Shown here in pieces: positions 51,231-54,391 of a DNA stretch of 54,391 bases. How positions within the stretch are numbered: the first letter of the stretch is position 1; the number at the start of each line of letters is the position of its first letter. Origin of the DNA: a virus (lineage: Duplodnaviria; Caudoviricetes); IMG/VR virus record IMGVR_UViG_3300032096_000018, positions 1 through 54,391 of that record. One strand, written 5' to 3'. Position numbers and translations under genes: made by a program. The notes under the pieces are model-generated. The model saw only the letters and a list, made by a program, of their open reading frames with translations. It had not been told where the DNA came from and ran no database searches.

Positions 51231-51790
51231 AGGTCACCGAACAACAGATCACCCAACTCACCATCAGCGGCGCCAAGCGCAATCGCGGACTCGGCACACT
51301 CGACCCGATCGCTGTCGCGCTTGAGAACTTCGGCCCCGGATCTGGACGGATCACGATCAGCATCTATGACGAGTCGTGGCGCGTTATGTGGCCGGCCATG
51401 GGCCCCAACACCATAGAGACGTTCTTCATGGGCGCACACCCTGACTACATCGCCGGGAAGATGACGACCAGGTCCTCGATGGAGGAAGTCGACCTCGACG
51501 CTCTGCGAAAACAGATGCGCGACGCGATCGTGGAGAAGCGGAAGGAACGCGAGATCGATGCTGATGAAGCTCGCGATCTATGGGACGACGTTGGCCGCTT
51601 CCCCGACGACGATGACACGTTCCAGAAGGGCGCGGTGAGCATGCATGAGGACGACCTTCTTAACGACACCCTCGGCTGTGACTGGTGGGATGGCCTGCCG
51701 CACCGGACCAGCTCGCACGGCGAGTACCTGCTCGACGTGATCGAAGCTGTGCAGGCCGGGCTGAAACACAGAATCACGGAGGCAGCATGA
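51211..51790 (+). repeat. 20-bp exact direct repeats GAATCACGGAGGCAGCATGA at 51211-51230 and 51771-51790
   Basis: Read directly from the sequence. Confidence 0.9.
51227..51790 (+). CDS. Conserved phage hypothetical protein (187 aa)
   Basis: LDPIAVALENFGPGSGRITI..W.AMG..YIAGK; bounded by the repeats. Confidence 0.7.
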   Translation: MKVTEQQITQLTISGAKRNRGLGTLDPIAVALENFGPGSGRITISIYDESWRVMWPAMGPNTIETFFMGAHPDYIAGKMTTRSSMEEVDLDALRKQMRDAIVEKRKEREIDADEARDLWDDVGRFPDDDDTFQKGAVSMHEDDLLNDTLGCDWWDGLPHRTSSHGEYLLDVIEAVQAGLKHRITEAA

Positions 51791-52596
51791 GCGAACAACA
51801 CCAGGAAGGCCCGCGGCAAATCTGGCTGCGAAACATCACGGGCAGTACCGAAGTCACCGACTCCGGCGACCCGCTCGCTACCGAGTATCTCCGCGCCGAC
51901 CTGGCCGTCGATCGTGAGCGCCGCATGGCCGCTCGCATCGCCGAGTTTGAGCGTGAGATGGGCAGATACAACATGAATGCCGGTGAGGCGGACCAGCGCA
52001 TGGGTGAGTCCAAGGCTATGCGGGAGGCGTTGGGGTTTGACCCTGACGCTGACGATGTGTCGCCAAACGATTTGCGTGCGGCACTCGCCCGCCGCGACAA
52101 GCTGGTTACGGCGGATGCTTTGGACTACGCGGCAACCATGATTCGGCCGTGTGAGCTTTCCATTGAAGCCGACCGCCTACGCCGAGAAGCCGAGGGAGAA
52201 ACGGTATTCGCCGTTGTCGGCGGCGAGATCGAGCGCCGGTTTGTTGAGGATGGTGCGGTTGGAACTGACGCATGGGACGACGTTTTTACCGAACGCCAGC
52301 GGCAGGTCGAGCAAGAGGGATGGACACCGGAGCACGACGACCAGCACGAGAACGGTGAGTTGGCGTGGGCCGCAGCGTCTTACGCCATCCACGCTGGCGA
52401 GTACCGCGAAAACCAGATGGCCTGCAACGCAGCTAGTGGGAGTCCACCGAACTTTGCTGAGTGGAGTATTTGGCCGTGGCCGATGGGGATCGGGTGGAAG
52501 CCGAGCGACCGCCGACGCGACCTCGTGAAAGCCGGGGCTCTGATTCTCGCCGAGATCGAGCGACTTGATCGGCGAGAAGCCGAGGGGGTGGAGTGA
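51787..52596 (+). CDS. Mosaic phage early protein (269 aa) with C-terminal ERQRQ..EGWTPEHDD domain
   Basis: EYLRADL motif; ERQRQVEQEGWTPEHDDQH..RRDLVKAGALILAEIERLDR. Confidence 0.7.
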   Translation: MSEQHQEGPRQIWLRNITGSTEVTDSGDPLATEYLRADLAVDRERRMAARIAEFEREMGRYNMNAGEADQRMGESKAMREALGFDPDADDVSPNDLRAALARRDKLVTADALDYAATMIRPCELSIEADRLRREAEGETVFAVVGGEIERRFVEDGAVGTDAWDDVFTERQRQVEQEGWTPEHDDQHENGELAWAAASYAIHAGEYRENQMACNAASGSPPNFAEWSIWPWPMGIGWKPSDRRRDLVKAGALILAEIERLDRREAEGVE

Positions 52597-52775
52597 TGGA
52601 CTACGCCGCGTTCGCCTGGGGGCTGGTGGGCACGGTGGCCGCGCATTACGCGCTGCGTCGCCGCATCTACGACCCGGAAACCGGCGACGTTACATTTCTG
52701 CTCGCGTTCGTCGTCATCGGCATTTTCTGGCCGGCGTGGCTGGTGTGGGCCGTTCGCAACAAGGGAGGCTCGTGA
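52593..52775 (+). CDS. Small membrane protein (about 60 aa)
   Basis: Two hydrophobic segments, FWP motif. Confidence 0.55.
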   Translation: MMDYAAFAWGLVGTVAAHYALRRRIYDPETGDVTFLLAFVVIGIFWPAWLVWAVRNKGGS

Positions 52776-52972
52776 TGATCGAGATTCTTGGTTGGCTCGC
52801 ATTCGCCTTCGGCGGCGCCTATGTGTTCGGCGGCATTGCCGTTCTGGTAGGCGCGACCCTGCAAGGCGGCGGCCTTGAGGCATTCGGCACTGGACTGTTC
52901 TTCGGCGCCATCGTGGCGATTGCATGGCTCGCGTTCGCCGCCTGGCTATCGCCACTTACTGTGTCGTTTTGA
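52772..52972 (+). CDS. Small membrane protein (about 66 aa)
   Basis: MIEILGWLAF..; two TM segments; RBS GGAGG. Confidence 0.55.
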   Translation: MMIEILGWLAFAFGGAYVFGGIAVLVGATLQGGGLEAFGTGLFFGAIVAIAWLAFAAWLSPLTVSF

Positions 52973-53395
52973 TGCGCAGTTGATCGGCTTGATATGCACG
53001 TTGCGGCTGTACTACGATGCAACTGCGACGAGAGGAATGGCTGCGCCGCGTCGGGAGACGGAAAGACAGCCGCGTATCGGTGGCTGCCCTGGTGCCTCGG
53101 CGAGCGACGGGGTAAACGTAACTGAATGACCGGCCAGGACAGCCAGCCGATGCGGTGAAGCGATTGATAGGGATAGCCGGGCGACACCTACCGGCCCCGC
53201 ATCACAAGCTATTAGGGGAAGAATCCGGCATTGCGACCGCCCCGATGATGGCCGCCGACCGAGCAGGGCGCATCTGCTCGGATGGCCCGACGCCGGGAGG
53301 CGGGGCCACCTATGGCCGCCTCACAATCGTTTGTAACTTTCACGGTTCAAGCCGATTCCCTGTTTGTCGATGGTGGAGAACGGGGCGGCCACCCA

Positions 53396-54391
53396 TCACC
53401 CCAAGCGCTGCGCTATGTCCGCGGCGCTTTCGTTATAGTAGGTAAGCAATGACCGCAAATCGCGGTGCCCCACCAGCCGGGCCAACGTCATCACGTCCAC
53501 CTTGCGCGCCAGGCGCGTGATTGCCTCGTGCCGACTATCGTGGAACGCGATATGGCGCAGCCCGCTATGATCCCGCCCCTTGCGAAAGTGCGAATCCAGT
53601 TGGGTGCGGTTCAATTCAAGCATCCGGTCATCGCCATCCTGGCGGCCTGATTCCAGTATCTCGATCAACTCCACGGCCCGGCTCGTCAGCGGCACGTCGC
53701 GCTCATCGCCGTTCTTAGTCCTGTCCAAATGGACAAACCGCTTGTCCAAATACACCTGATCCCACGTCAGGCTCACGATCTCACCAGCACGCATGCCCGA
53801 CTCGATGGCGAGCAGGAAGGCGACGGCCGCGCGTTGCTGCATGGTGCGGATCTCCGGGTCGGCAGCATCGAAGCCCAGCGCCAGGGCGATGCGATCCGCG
53901 TCGTCGGGAATCACACGCTGATCCCGGGGGCGGGAATTGCCCGGCTTGCGCACGTCGTCGGACGGGTTGGATGCAATCAGGCGCCACTCACGCCGGCACT
54001 GCTCGAGCACCGATCGGAGTAGGTTGAACTCACGGCGCACCGATGCCGGCTTGACCGCCTCAAGTCGATCGTCGCGCCACTCGGCGATATGGGCGGGCTG
54101 CAACCGGTCGAGACGCACGCGCGCAATCTTGTGCCGCTGCATCTGGCGCAGGCGAATGATCTCCCACCGGCCGCTTTCCCGCTTTGACGAAATCTCGTCG
54201 GCGTAGCGCTGCATGGCGTCGCCCAGGCGGGCAGTGCCGGCCGTGGCGTGAACGCCCAACTCGATCTCGGACTCGGCTCGCTCGGCCCACGCCCGGGCCT
54301 CAGCCTTCGTCTGGAACGACTGCGATCGGCGCACGCCGTTGACGCACACCTCGGCCCGCCACTTCGCACCCCGTTTTCTGTATGTCGGCAT
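53396..54391 (-). CDS. int: Tyrosine recombinase/integrase (331 aa)
   Basis: Catalytic set: SGMRAGE (R), TKNG (K), HDSRH (HxxR), GH, YY; N-terminal arm MPTYRKRGAKWRAEV. Confidence 0.95.
   Translation of the reverse strand: MPTYRKRGAKWRAEVCVNGVRRSQSFQTKAEARAWAERAESEIELGVHATAGTARLGDAMQRYADEISSKRESGRWEIIRLRQMQRHKIARVRLDRLQPAHIAEWRDDRLEAVKPASVRREFNLLRSVLEQCRREWRLIASNPSDDVRKPGNSRPRDQRVIPDDADRIALALGFDAADPEIRTMQQRAAVAFLLAIESGMRAGEIVSLTWDQVYLDKRFVHLDRTKNGDERDVPLTSRAVELIEILESGRQDGDDRMLELNRTQLDSHFRKGRDHSGLRHIAFHDSRHEAITRLARKVDVMTLARLVGHRDLRSLLTYYNESAADIAQRLG

Larger units (their letters stand above)
1..54391. mobile_element. Temperate podovirus-like phage/prophage, nearly complete
   Basis: Colinear integrase, cI/cro switch, recombination, replication, terminase, portal, capsid, tail, lysis and ejection modules; no host housekeeping genes; att sites not visible. 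Confidence 0.95.

Noticed and set aside
53330-53365. GGTTCAAGCC as a tRNA T-arm or att remnant
   Set aside because: Only a 3-bp stem; no cloverleaf or CCA context
53155-53445. 96-aa plus-strand ORF next to the integrase
   Set aside because: No RBS, atypical composition, overlaps the int 3' end

Overview
The window is a near-complete, GC-rich temperate phage or prophage of podovirus type (P22-like portal, N4-gp56-like major capsid protein, internal ejection proteins). It ends at the start codon of a tyrosine integrase. On the minus strand, reading inward from about 43.9 kb, are cro, replication and nin-like genes, terminase, portal and head genes, a tail fibre, a complete diversity-generating retroelement (DGR: target gene with VR, avd, TR, RT), the lysis cassette, tail and ejection genes, and a 4052-aa polyvalent protein. 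On the plus strand from about 44 kb are cI, a secreted repeat protein, and the early-left operon (Bet/YqaJ/SSB, two AlpA/Xis-like genes, small accessory genes). Highlights: (1) The DGR is intact: all 15 mismatches in the 104-bp TR/VR pair fall at TR adenines. (2) The probably virion-ejected giant protein contains a GGDEF (SGDEF) diguanylate-cyclase-like domain, alongside ParB-like, metallopeptidase, JAB and ART-like modules. (3) A motif AA(A/T)GCTGGCCGC recurs in four intergenic gaps ahead of late modules. (4) There are Tad2-like, Gp49-family (possible Acb4-type), MazG-like, TraR-like and CsrA-like host-signalling genes. (5) Exact 20-bp direct repeats frame single accessory genes. All family assignments come from motifs recognised by eye; no database search was run.
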